This document shows positions 1 through 7,420 of a stretch of DNA of 58,234 nt, in pieces; the stretch's first letter is position 1, and every line of letters begins with the position of its first letter. The stretch covers positions 1 through 58,234 of the forward strand of contig JAUXSN010000055.1 of the NCBI GenBank assembly GCA_030679895.1, given 5' to 3'. Origin of the DNA: Candidatus Moraniibacteriota bacterium. Its GTDB lineage: Bacteria; Patescibacteriota; Minisyncoccia; Moranbacterales; UBA11712. A program made the position numbers and the translations under genes. The notes under the pieces are model-generated. The model saw nothing but the letters and a program-made list of their open reading frames with translations, was not told the origin of the DNA and ran no database searches.

Positions 1-2256
1 GTTGATCTCTCCCGTTGTTCCCGCTTCCAGGTTGATGGCGGTGGCGGCGGTGGAAACGGAGATGGTCGGAGCGGTGGAAGTGAAAGTGAGAGCAGTAGAA
101 GAGGTGGTGATGGTGTCGATTGAGGCGACGCCGGTCAGGGCCGCGGAATTGAAGTTCCAGTCGCCGTTCATGTTTCCGTCCGTGATGGTGTTAGTCCCCA
201 GATCAAGAGTGGTGAAATTTCCCGTTGTCGCCGTGAGCGCCGTGATTCCGGAAAGGTTGCCCGCGTTGAAATCCCAGCTACCGGTCATATTTCCGTCCGT
301 GATTGTATTCGTGCCGAGATCGAGCGTCGAAAGATAGACCGTTGTGAAAATCGGATTGTCGATCGTATCGAGCGTCAGGCTGATTCCCCCGCCAGCCGTA
401 CCCGATCCGCCGCCCTGCATATTCCCTTCCGTATTTACCGTAATGACCGTGCTGCCTTGAGCGATCGTATTTTCCGTCGAGCCGTATGTCGGCGAAACGG
501 TGAGCGTATTCAGTGTCCGCGAAGTCGCAATTCCGTCCGCGCCCGTGAAAATGGCGCCCTTGTTGGCTTTTATTTTCTGCCCCGCGTCTGTCGCGCTCGA
601 TTGCAATTTCCACGCTACATAATTGTCGTACGTTCCCGCCGGCTGATATGATCCAGCGACCTGGAAGGCAGTCGAGTGCTGTCCGTCGAGAAGGTCGGCG
701 TTGAGATTGGTGTTCAGGGTTCCGTTCGAAAGGGGAATATTTCCCGCTCCGTTGCCGATCGTTTGTCCGGCGACACTCATTGCGGTGCGAGCCAGTGGCA
801 TCGCTCCGATTCTCTTGCGCGGCACCATCTCCGCGTCTTCGCCGATCCGGAGGCCGATGTAATAATTCGAAGCGGCGAAATTGAAATTGGCGGGAATGGG
901 CGTTGTCGCGCCAAGATAAGTTTTAAGGAGACCATTTTCGACGACCACCTTTTGCGTTTCTTCCCAGACGCGCGTTCCCTTGTCCGCGTCCGAAGGATAC
1001 GGATCCTGCTCCGTCCGGTCGGCCGTATAAATTCCAAATCTCACCTCGTATTCGCCGTTCGCGATTTCTTTGTCCTCCCCATCCATGAGGTACGCCGAAA
1101 CTTCGATGTCACCGACATTTATTTGCGCCGTGCCGGTCGCCGTCGTCGCCGCCAGCACTTTACCCGCCGATGAGGCGAGCCGGCCGCCATTATCTCCTTG
1201 TTCCGTCTCTACGCCCGCGATCTCTCCTTTCCCATTTTCATCGCCCTTGAGGCTTAACCCCGTATTTTTTTCAAACTCTTTAATCTTTTCCCGCCGCAAA
1301 AAATTTTCGGCAATTTTTGAAAACCTGTCTTTTCCTATTTTCACTTTCGCGATTTGTTTCGCCGCGCCCGCGTCTATCCGCTCCGCGGCTTTCGAAACTC
1401 CATCGACCGCCGCATTGTATGTGAAATATATTTTTTTCTTCCCTTGATCTCCCAAATTTGCCAAATCCGCCTTTGTGATATTTCCAATCACCATCAAAAG
1501 AACCAGCACGATCATCGCCGCCGCCGGCTTCGCGTAATTAAGTTTCAAAAAATCCGACAGCTTCGCTTTTTTTAATTTCGCGAGCGTATTCGTGTCGCCC
1601 ATCTCTTTGAGCTCCCGAAACCAAGTTTTCACGTCTGCCAAAACCTTCGTTGTCCAAAAGCCAAGTTTCTGAAAATATAGCCGTAGCGGCCGCATAAATG
1701 CGGCCTGCGTTTTTTCGGGGCGCACATGCGCGCCCCCTACTTTTTCAACTTCCTCCGGCACGGCAAACTTTTTGTTGCCGCCCAAATCGCGCGAAAGTTT
1801 TTCTTTGAATGTATTTTTCTTCGCCTGTGATTTTTTCGTGAACTCGGCGAGCCACTCCTCCGTCGTGTGCCAAACTCCTTTTATTTTTTTTGCTTTCAGC
1901 TTTCCCTGCCGCGCCGAAAAGTTGATGTAGTTTTTTGAGTAGGTCGAATTTTTCGCTATTTCGGAGAGCAGAACAAAAACCAGATTTTTTTTCGCCTCTT
2001 TCTTTTTCGCGATCTCTGGCTTGTTCTTTGGAAGCTTAGCTTCCAGTGTGGAAGCTAAGCTTCCATTTCCCGGCTCAATTTCTCCGCCATACAACTCCGC
2101 CAGTCTCGCCCTCACATTCTTGATTGCCTTCTTTTCCGTCTCCAAAATTTTCGCAAACTTTTTTTCCGTCAAAAAAAGCCGAATGTTCCGAAAAGCATCC
2201 TCGGCTTTGCCGAAAAATATATCGCTGATTTTTTTTGTGTATTTTTCTTCCTTCAT
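1..2256 (-). CDS. Giant surface/fibre-like protein (continues past window start): N-terminal HTH-like domain, one TM segment, extracellular tail-fibre-like region
   Basis: Manual translation: ATG at 2256 preceded by GAGGT, open for 752 codons to base 1 (absent from the ORF track because there is no stop in the window). Contains LLSEIAKNSTYSKNYINFSARQGKLKAKKIKGVWHTTEEWL (HTH-like), AAAMIVLVLLMVIG (TM), NLNADLLDG and a duplicated TLDLGTNTITDGNM repeat. Confidence 0.85.
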   Translation of the reverse strand, partial: MKEEKYTKKISDIFFGKAEDAFRNIRLFLTEKKFAKILETEKKAIKNVRARLAELYGGEIEPGNGSLASTLEAKLPKNKPEIAKKKEAKKNLVFVLLSEIAKNSTYSKNYINFSARQGKLKAKKIKGVWHTTEEWLAEFTKKSQAKKNTFKEKLSRDLGGNKKFAVPEEVEKVGGAHVRPEKTQAAFMRPLRLYFQKLGFWTTKVLADVKTWFRELKEMGDTNTLAKLKKAKLSDFLKLNYAKPAAAMIVLVLLMVIGNITKADLANLGDQGKKKIYFTYNAAVDGVSKAAERIDAGAAKQIAKVKIGKDRFSKIAENFLRREKIKEFEKNTGLSLKGDENGKGEIAGVETEQGDNGGRLASSAGKVLAATTATGTAQINVGDIEVSAYLMDGEDKEIANGEYEVRFGIYTADRTEQDPYPSDADKGTRVWEETQKVVVENGLLKTYLGATTPIPANFNFAASNYYIGLRIGEDAEMVPRKRIGAMPLARTAMSVAGQTIGNGAGNIPLSNGTLNTNLNADLLDGQHSTAFQVAGSYQPAGTYDNYVAWKLQSSATDAGQKIKANKGAIFTGADGIATSRTLNTLTVSPTYGSTENTIAQGSTVITVNTEGNMQGGGSGTAGGGISLTLDTIDNPIFTTVYLSTLDLGTNTITDGNMTGSWDFNAGNLSGITALTATTGNFTTLDLGTNTITDGNMNGDWNFNSAALTGVASIDTITTSSTALTFTSTAPTISVSTAATAINLEAGTTGEIN
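2029..2065. repeat. 37-bp paired-hairpin palindrome, copy 1 (in frame in the giant gene)
   Basis: tggaagcttagcttcca-gtg-tggaagctaagcttcca; same arms at 20123-20159 and 44402-44438. Confidence 0.95.
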
Positions 2257-2398
2257 TACCTCGTTATATCCTTTTTATATCAGTTTTAACCGGGTTCTTT
2301 ACTTCAGGGGCTAAGTCCCCAATTGGTGACTTAGCTCTTCTTTATCTCGCACCCCTGTTATTTGCTTTGTTTATAAGATTAAGCGCCCTTCAAGATTA

Positions 2399-2426
2399 AT
2401 TATATTTTTTTGAAAAACCCGCGCAA
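2399..2426 (-). promoter_or_regulatory. Putative sigma70-type promoter for the giant gene
   Basis: Minus strand TTGCGC-16 nt-TATAAT about 140 nt upstream of the ATG at 2256. Confidence 0.45.
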
Positions 2427-2541
2427 GCCCGTTTTGAGAAAAGACGCGACTTTTTTTCAAATCTTTTTTTGATGATCTCCCCTGCCTGCAACGCTTCGCG
2501 TAGTGATGCGGGCGGGCCGATTTCCTAAATTTTTTAAATTT

Positions 2542-2631
2542 TCCGATTTGACCAACAAAAAAACCGATATTTCCTTTTCTGTTGGGATTATCCCGGAAAT
2601 ATCGGTTTTTTGTTTTTCGCCAAAAATCGGA
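2542..2631. other. Long intergenic hairpin (terminator or structured RNA candidate)
   Basis: aacaaaaaaaccgatatttcc (2554-2574) pairs with ggaaatatcggttttttgtt (2595-2614); outer tccgattt/aaatcgga pair. Confidence 0.6.
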
Positions 2632-2768
2632 TTTATCTTTTTTCTATTTTTCGTTCCTCTCCATTAAAGTGAGGTGCGATTTAAATATATTTTTTATTCG
2701 TCCGCGAAAACTTTTGTCAAGCCGCATATTTTTTTTGAACCTACTTTTTTAGTTATCCACAGGACGAC

Positions 2769-2859
2769 AAGCTCAAAATTCAAAACCAAAATTTAAAACT
2801 AACAATATTTGAACTAAAAAATTTTTAAACTTTGCGCTGTGGCTTTGCGCTTTGAGCTT
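2769..2859. repeat. Heptamer-based imperfect inverted repeat (REP/STRR-like)
   Basis: aagctcaaaattcaaaacc ... ggctttgcgctttgagctt, directly after the stop of 2858..3484. Confidence 0.7.
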
Positions 2860-3484
2860 ATTTCTTCCCCGCCCATCCGAACATATCTTTGAACGCGCCG
2901 CCGAGAAGATCGAGAATGGAAACATTGGGAGCGCCGGTATAGAACGCGAGCTTGTCCGACTTGATTTCGTTTCCCCATTTGTCGCGCGCGGTCACGGCAT
3001 ATGAATATGAAGTTGAAAAATTGAGGGGCGCGATCTCGACGCTGTGAAGAAATCCGTAGCCGTCCTCGGAAACCGTTTTCTCTTCCGCTTGTCCTTCCTT
3101 CGCATACGCGATTGAAGAAACGCACGGCTTGTTCGTTTTCCAGCTCAAAAGAAATTTCACCTGCTGGTCTGTTTTTGTCATGAGAAGTTCCGATTGCATA
3201 TTCAGAATTTCAGGAGCGACTGATTGTTCTCCCGACGGAACTGTGATCGCGTCCCCGCCGAACGTGATTTGCGGCGAGTGAAAATTCTGGCTGACGAAAG
3301 CTTGCGTAGCGAAATCGTTCTCCTCTTCGCCCAAAACTTTCCCGGCAGTTTTTTCGTTGGAAATAGTTGCAGCTGTTTCTTTTGTTCCGGTCTTTGTCGA
3401 ACGAAAAGATAAAATCATCATTGAAAAATATCCGATTGAAATAACCAATACCGCGAGTAAAATTATTTTTATTATTTTTTTCAT
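2858..3484 (-). CDS. Membrane-anchored hypothetical protein with a fibronectin type III-like beta domain
   Basis: N-terminal hydrophobic anchor (IILLAVLVISIGYFSMMIL); LSWKTNKP...HSVEIAPL...YSYAVTARDKWGN is an FN3-like pattern; start taken at MKKIIK. Confidence 0.7.
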   Translation of the reverse strand: MKKIIKIILLAVLVISIGYFSMMILSFRSTKTGTKETAATISNEKTAGKVLGEEENDFATQAFVSQNFHSPQITFGGDAITVPSGEQSVAPEILNMQSELLMTKTDQQVKFLLSWKTNKPCVSSIAYAKEGQAEEKTVSEDGYGFLHSVEIAPLNFSTSYSYAVTARDKWGNEIKSDKLAFYTGAPNVSILDLLGGAFKDMFGWAGKK

Positions 3485-3494
3485 ATTATTTGTT

Positions 3495-3644
3495 GAACTC
3501 AAAACTCAAACTGCAAAACGCAAAACCAAAGCGTAAAATTCAAAATTATCTTTTTTAAAATCAGTTTTGCGCTTTGCGTTTTCATTTGTTTGAAAATTGT
3601 GTCATTGGAAATTGAGAATTGATTGTAAATTGAAAATTGGAAAT
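3495..3644. repeat. Composite heptamer-repeat intergenic element
   Basis: caaaacgcaaaaccaaagcg...ttttgcgctttgcgtttt inverted pair, followed by aattgagaattg/aattgaaaattgg units like 30052-30180. Confidence 0.6.
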
Positions 3645-4850
3645 TTAGCGGGAGCGTAACGCTTCCAGCGGATCAAGCGCGCTCGCTCTTTTAGCCGGAC
3701 CGACGCCGGTCGCGAATCCGATAAAAATGGAAAACGCGATAATAAATCCCAAGAACCAAAACGGGTAGGCAAATAGATTCAGGCTTTTACCGCCAAAATA
3801 TTTCGCGGCGATATTGAAAATCAGATTGACAGTTTGTCCCGACGCGACGCCGAGGATTATTCCCGCGATCCCGCCGAAGAATCCCATCAGCGTTGATTCG
3901 ATGATAAACATAGAGAGAATATCCATTTTCGACGCGCCAATGGAACGCATAATTCCGATCTCGCGCGTCCGCTCAAGAAGCGCGACCGTCATCGTGTTAA
4001 ACATTCCGATTGATGAAACCGCGAGAGTGACAATGCCGAACAAACTAAGAACGATATTGACCACCCGGAACAGCTTGTTCACTTCGGCGACTGTTTCCGA
4101 AAGCGACGAAACAGAAAAGCCTTTTTGGGAAATCACGTCGCGCGCCGTGCTCATAACGTCGCCCGAATTGCATTTCACTTTCACCTTCGCGAATGGAATA
4201 TCCGCCGGAATGTTCAGCTCGTCTGCCACGGCATAGAATACCGTGTCCTCGCTTTCCGTGACGCCCGCAATCACATAGTCGCCCGCGTCGATATTCGCCC
4301 CGCCTGGCGAGGCTGGAAGCAGAGAAAAAGAAACTTTTTGCCCGACAAGATCCTTTGGATTCTTGCCGAATACTTTTCCAATGGCGGACGAGGCAAGAAT
4401 TTCTTTGGGATTTTTTTTGCTCGCCTCGCTGGAGCTTTGGCGAAGCGGGTCGAGCAATTTTCCGGCCGCGATTTTCAAGCCTTCGAGTTCAAGATAGCCG
4501 GGACTGGCGATCACCGCGCGCGCATCTGATCCCGTATCGCCGATTTTGAGCCTCGCGTTGAAATTATAGCTCGTTTCAACCCCATCCACCCCGTCAATTT
4601 TTTTTATCTCTTCAACTGCGGCCGCCGTGAGAAATTTTCCGTCCTGCTCATTCGGCGCGACATCAAGCGCCGTGAGCGCCCCCGACGATGTGATCGTCTG
4701 GAGGAGGGCGTTCTGAAGGCCGTATCCCAAAGAAACCAAAAACAAAATTGCTCCGAAACCGATCCCCATGCCCAAAACCGTAAGGGCTGTCCGCCCCCGC
4801 CGAGCCGTAAACATACGGGTAGAAAGTTTGAGTAAATCCTTAGTAGTCAT
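3645..4850 (-). CDS. ABC transporter permease, MacB/FtsX family
   Basis: RTALTVLGMGIG N-terminus, periplasmic domain, IGMFNTMTVALLERTREIGIMRSIGA, C-terminal PAKRASALDPLEALR. Confidence 0.92.
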   Translation of the reverse strand: MTTKDLLKLSTRMFTARRGRTALTVLGMGIGFGAILFLVSLGYGLQNALLQTITSSGALTALDVAPNEQDGKFLTAAAVEEIKKIDGVDGVETSYNFNARLKIGDTGSDARAVIASPGYLELEGLKIAAGKLLDPLRQSSSEASKKNPKEILASSAIGKVFGKNPKDLVGQKVSFSLLPASPGGANIDAGDYVIAGVTESEDTVFYAVADELNIPADIPFAKVKVKCNSGDVMSTARDVISQKGFSVSSLSETVAEVNKLFRVVNIVLSLFGIVTLAVSSIGMFNTMTVALLERTREIGIMRSIGASKMDILSMFIIESTLMGFFGGIAGIILGVASGQTVNLIFNIAAKYFGGKSLNLFAYPFWFLGFIIAFSIFIGFATGVGPAKRASALDPLEALRSR

Positions 4851-4852
4851 GA

Positions 4853-4892
4853 GAATCTCTACGAATTACTAATTTTGTACGAATATACGAAT
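4853..4892. repeat. Left terminal inverted repeat of the GxxExxY cassette
   Basis: gaatctctacgaattactaattttgtacgaatatacgaat is the near reverse complement of 5290-5330. Confidence 0.85.
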
Positions 4893-4898
4893 CAATGA

Positions 4899-5291
4899 TT
4901 ATCTTAGCTTTATGATTCTTTTGTATCTGATACCGCTTTTCGTGAAATGGATTAGCAAACCCAGTTTTAATTTTGTTGCTCTTAAATATGAATAAATTTG
5001 AGCAATATCTTTTTTGGAAAAATAATTTCTTTGTTTTATTTCAATGACCATTTTTCCGAAAACGAGAAAATCAAAATAATAAATTCATAAATCTTTATCC
5101 TTGTATCACAATTTCACCTGCAGCTGTTCTTTAAAATCTATCTTATTTTTCCTAAAGACTTCTGAAATTACTTTCTGATAAAATTTTTCTTTATGGCCAT
5201 ATCCAAACTCGTTGAAAACATAAAACACCAAACCAATTATTTCATAACATTCTTTCGCATAAATTAAATCTTTTCTTGTTTGCACATTCAT
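4899..5291 (-). pseudogene. GxxExxY protein gene with two in-frame TGA codons (5106-5108, 5085-5087)
   Basis: The same frame continues past both TGAs as YKDKDL*IYYFDFLVFGKMVIEIKQRN...YLRATKLKLGLLIHF...KRII to TAA at 4899; motif GHKEKFY; PD-(D/E)xK-like DF..EIK; 130 codons in total. Confidence 0.85.
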
Positions 5292-5330
5292 TCGTATATT
5301 CGTAATTGCTTCGTAATTCGTAGAGGATTC
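5290..5330. repeat. Right terminal inverted repeat of the GxxExxY cassette
   Basis: attcgtatattcgtaattgcttcgtaattcgtagaggattc. Confidence 0.85.
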
Positions 5331-6876
5331 ACATCGAATATCTCGCCAGCATTATAATTTCGAGTTCCCGCGCGATTTTTTTCGCCGTCCGGCGGTCAAG
5401 TCCGACTCCCCCCTTCACTATCGGCCGGTCGGCAAGATCAAGAAGCTCGTCCATCGACAGTTCGTTTTCAAGGCGCATTTTGATGTATTCGAGAAATTTA
5501 ATCTTTTCCATTTCACCGAGTTTCAAGTGAAAATTTTCATCCAGATATTGCATAGTATCTTCCGCTGATTTTTCAACATTCGCAAAGTCAATTTTTTTCA
5601 CCTGATCAAAAATTTGCGTGATTCCCTTCACTAATCGTTTGGCCTGATTATGATCCCACCCGGCTCCCCCCTTATTTTCCTCTTCTACAAGCCTTTTTTC
5701 AAAATCCTCAAGTGTGATCCCGCCCGCGATGAAGTCCTGAAAGATTTTCTTGGCGAGATCAAGCTGCACCTCGGGAATATGGAAAAAAATATGGGAGAAA
5801 ATCTGCTGGGCTTTGAATGGAACAAGGAGCGTCCCGACCTGATCGGGAGAAAAATTTCGAAAAGACCGCGTCAGAGCCAGAAGTTCCGGAGAAATATGTT
5901 CGCGCTTTCTTTCGGCGAGATCTTCTTTTTTCACCAGCTCGTATTCTTTGCCCAGATCCCAATCACCGCCCGCTTTTCCTTCCTTGAAAGAGCTCCAGGC
6001 TTTGCCAAGCTCTTCTTTTTTGACGAGTTCCCAGTCTTTATCCAGCTGTCCCTTCTTTTGAAGCTCCCAGGCTTTGCCCAGTATGCCCTCTTTGAATGAT
6101 TCCCATTCCTTCCCGATTTTTTGCTGTTCTTCGAGATATTCCTGATCGCCCTTGGCGCTAGGTGATTTTTTTTCGAGAACCTCGACGATCTTCGTGATCT
6201 TTCCGTCCTGCATATGGATTATCCGGTCGCCGTAAGCGAGATGTGACGGGTCATGGGTAACAAGAATGATGAGTTTCTTGTCAACTTCATTGAGCTCTTT
6301 CAAAATCGTGAGAACATTATAGGTGGCTTTGGAATCAAGGTTTCCCACCGGTTCGTCCGCGACGATGATCGCGGGACTGTTCATAAGCGAGCGGGCGATT
6401 GCCACTCTCTGCCTTTGCCCGCCGGAAAGATCCGCGGGAAATTTTTCGGCTTGCGCTTCGATCCCAAAACGTTTGAGAAAATTCATTCCGTCCTCTCTTC
6501 TTTTTGATGAACTGTCTCCGGAAAAAGCCCGCGGAAGACAGACATTGTCAATCACGGAAAGGGTGGAAACAAGATAAAATGACTGAAAAACCATCCCTAT
6601 TTTGTGGCGATGGAATTCCAGTTTTTCTTTTTCCGAAAAAGAAGTGAGATCGCGGCCGTCGATTTCTATTTTTCCGCCAGTCGGGCGAAGAAGTCCCGTG
6701 ATTATATTGAGGAGCGTCGATTTTCCGCAGCCGGAAGGACCGAAAAGAATGAGGTATTCGTGAGGATATATCTCAAGATCAATATTGTCCAAAATTCTGG
6801 CTTCATTGGCTTTTCCTTCATTGAAGACAGTGCTCAATTTTTCTATTTTTATCAGTGGCGCGGCTGTTGAGTTCAT
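5329..6876 (-). CDS. ABC transporter ATP-binding protein (LolD/MacB-like) with a long C-terminal extension
   Basis: Walker A GPSGCGKST, LSGGQRQR, Walker B IIVADEP, VTHD; about 280 extra C-terminal residues; start taken at MNSTAAP. Confidence 0.9.
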   Translation of the reverse strand: MNSTAAPLIKIEKLSTVFNEGKANEARILDNIDLEIYPHEYLILFGPSGCGKSTLLNIITGLLRPTGGKIEIDGRDLTSFSEKEKLEFHRHKIGMVFQSFYLVSTLSVIDNVCLPRAFSGDSSSKRREDGMNFLKRFGIEAQAEKFPADLSGGQRQRVAIARSLMNSPAIIVADEPVGNLDSKATYNVLTILKELNEVDKKLIILVTHDPSHLAYGDRIIHMQDGKITKIVEVLEKKSPSAKGDQEYLEEQQKIGKEWESFKEGILGKAWELQKKGQLDKDWELVKKEELGKAWSSFKEGKAGGDWDLGKEYELVKKEDLAERKREHISPELLALTRSFRNFSPDQVGTLLVPFKAQQIFSHIFFHIPEVQLDLAKKIFQDFIAGGITLEDFEKRLVEEENKGGAGWDHNQAKRLVKGITQIFDQVKKIDFANVEKSAEDTMQYLDENFHLKLGEMEKIKFLEYIKMRLENELSMDELLDLADRPIVKGGVGLDRRTAKKIARELEIIMLARYSM

Positions 6877-7011
6877 ATGAATATGGGAATTTTTTCTTTT
6901 TACAGTATAACATATATTGTTCCTATCCGCCTCATTGCGGCTATTTGACCCCTCGGACATAAATGGGCTAGAATAGAGCTAGTTATTGTTTGATTTTTAA
7001 AAATAAATATT

Positions 7012-7416
7012 ATGGATCAGCAACAATTAAACAGCCTGCCCGAAAAAACGGCCATTCTCATCGTCGAGGACGATGCTTTTATGGGCAGTCTTTTGGAGCG
7101 GAAATTCGAACAGGAATCTTTCCATATTTTCTTGGCCACAAACGCCGAAAAAGCCCGCGAAATTATCAAGTCCAATCGGATCGCGGTTATTCTTCTTGAT
7201 ATCGTGCTTCCGGGAATGGATGGCTTAGGCTTTCTCAAGGAACTGAAAGCGACTCCCAATTTGAAGGATATTCCGGTTATCATCACCTCCAATCTGGGAA
7301 AACCGGAAGAAATTGAAAGAGGCCTTGCGGAAGGCGCCAGCGGCTACATTATCAAAGCGCAAGTTTCTACGAGCGAAATCGTCCAGAAGGTCAGGGAAGT
7401 TCTCGAAAAAAAATAA
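7012..7416 (+). CDS. Single-domain response regulator (receiver only)
   Basis: ILIVEDD, LLDIVLPGMDG, PVIITS, YIIKA; no output domain. Confidence 0.92.
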   Translation: MDQQQLNSLPEKTAILIVEDDAFMGSLLERKFEQESFHIFLATNAEKAREIIKSNRIAVILLDIVLPGMDGLGFLKELKATPNLKDIPVIITSNLGKPEEIERGLAEGASGYIIKAQVSTSEIVQKVREVLEKK

Positions 7417-7420
7417 TAAG

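Noticed and set aside
2753-2761. Perfect DnaA box TTATCCACA as a possible oriC
   Set aside because: Single box, with no dnaA/dnaN or box cluster nearby.
4853-5330. Classical IS element
   Set aside because: No DDE or HUH transposase and no clear target-site duplication; retained only as an IR-flanked cassette hypothesis.
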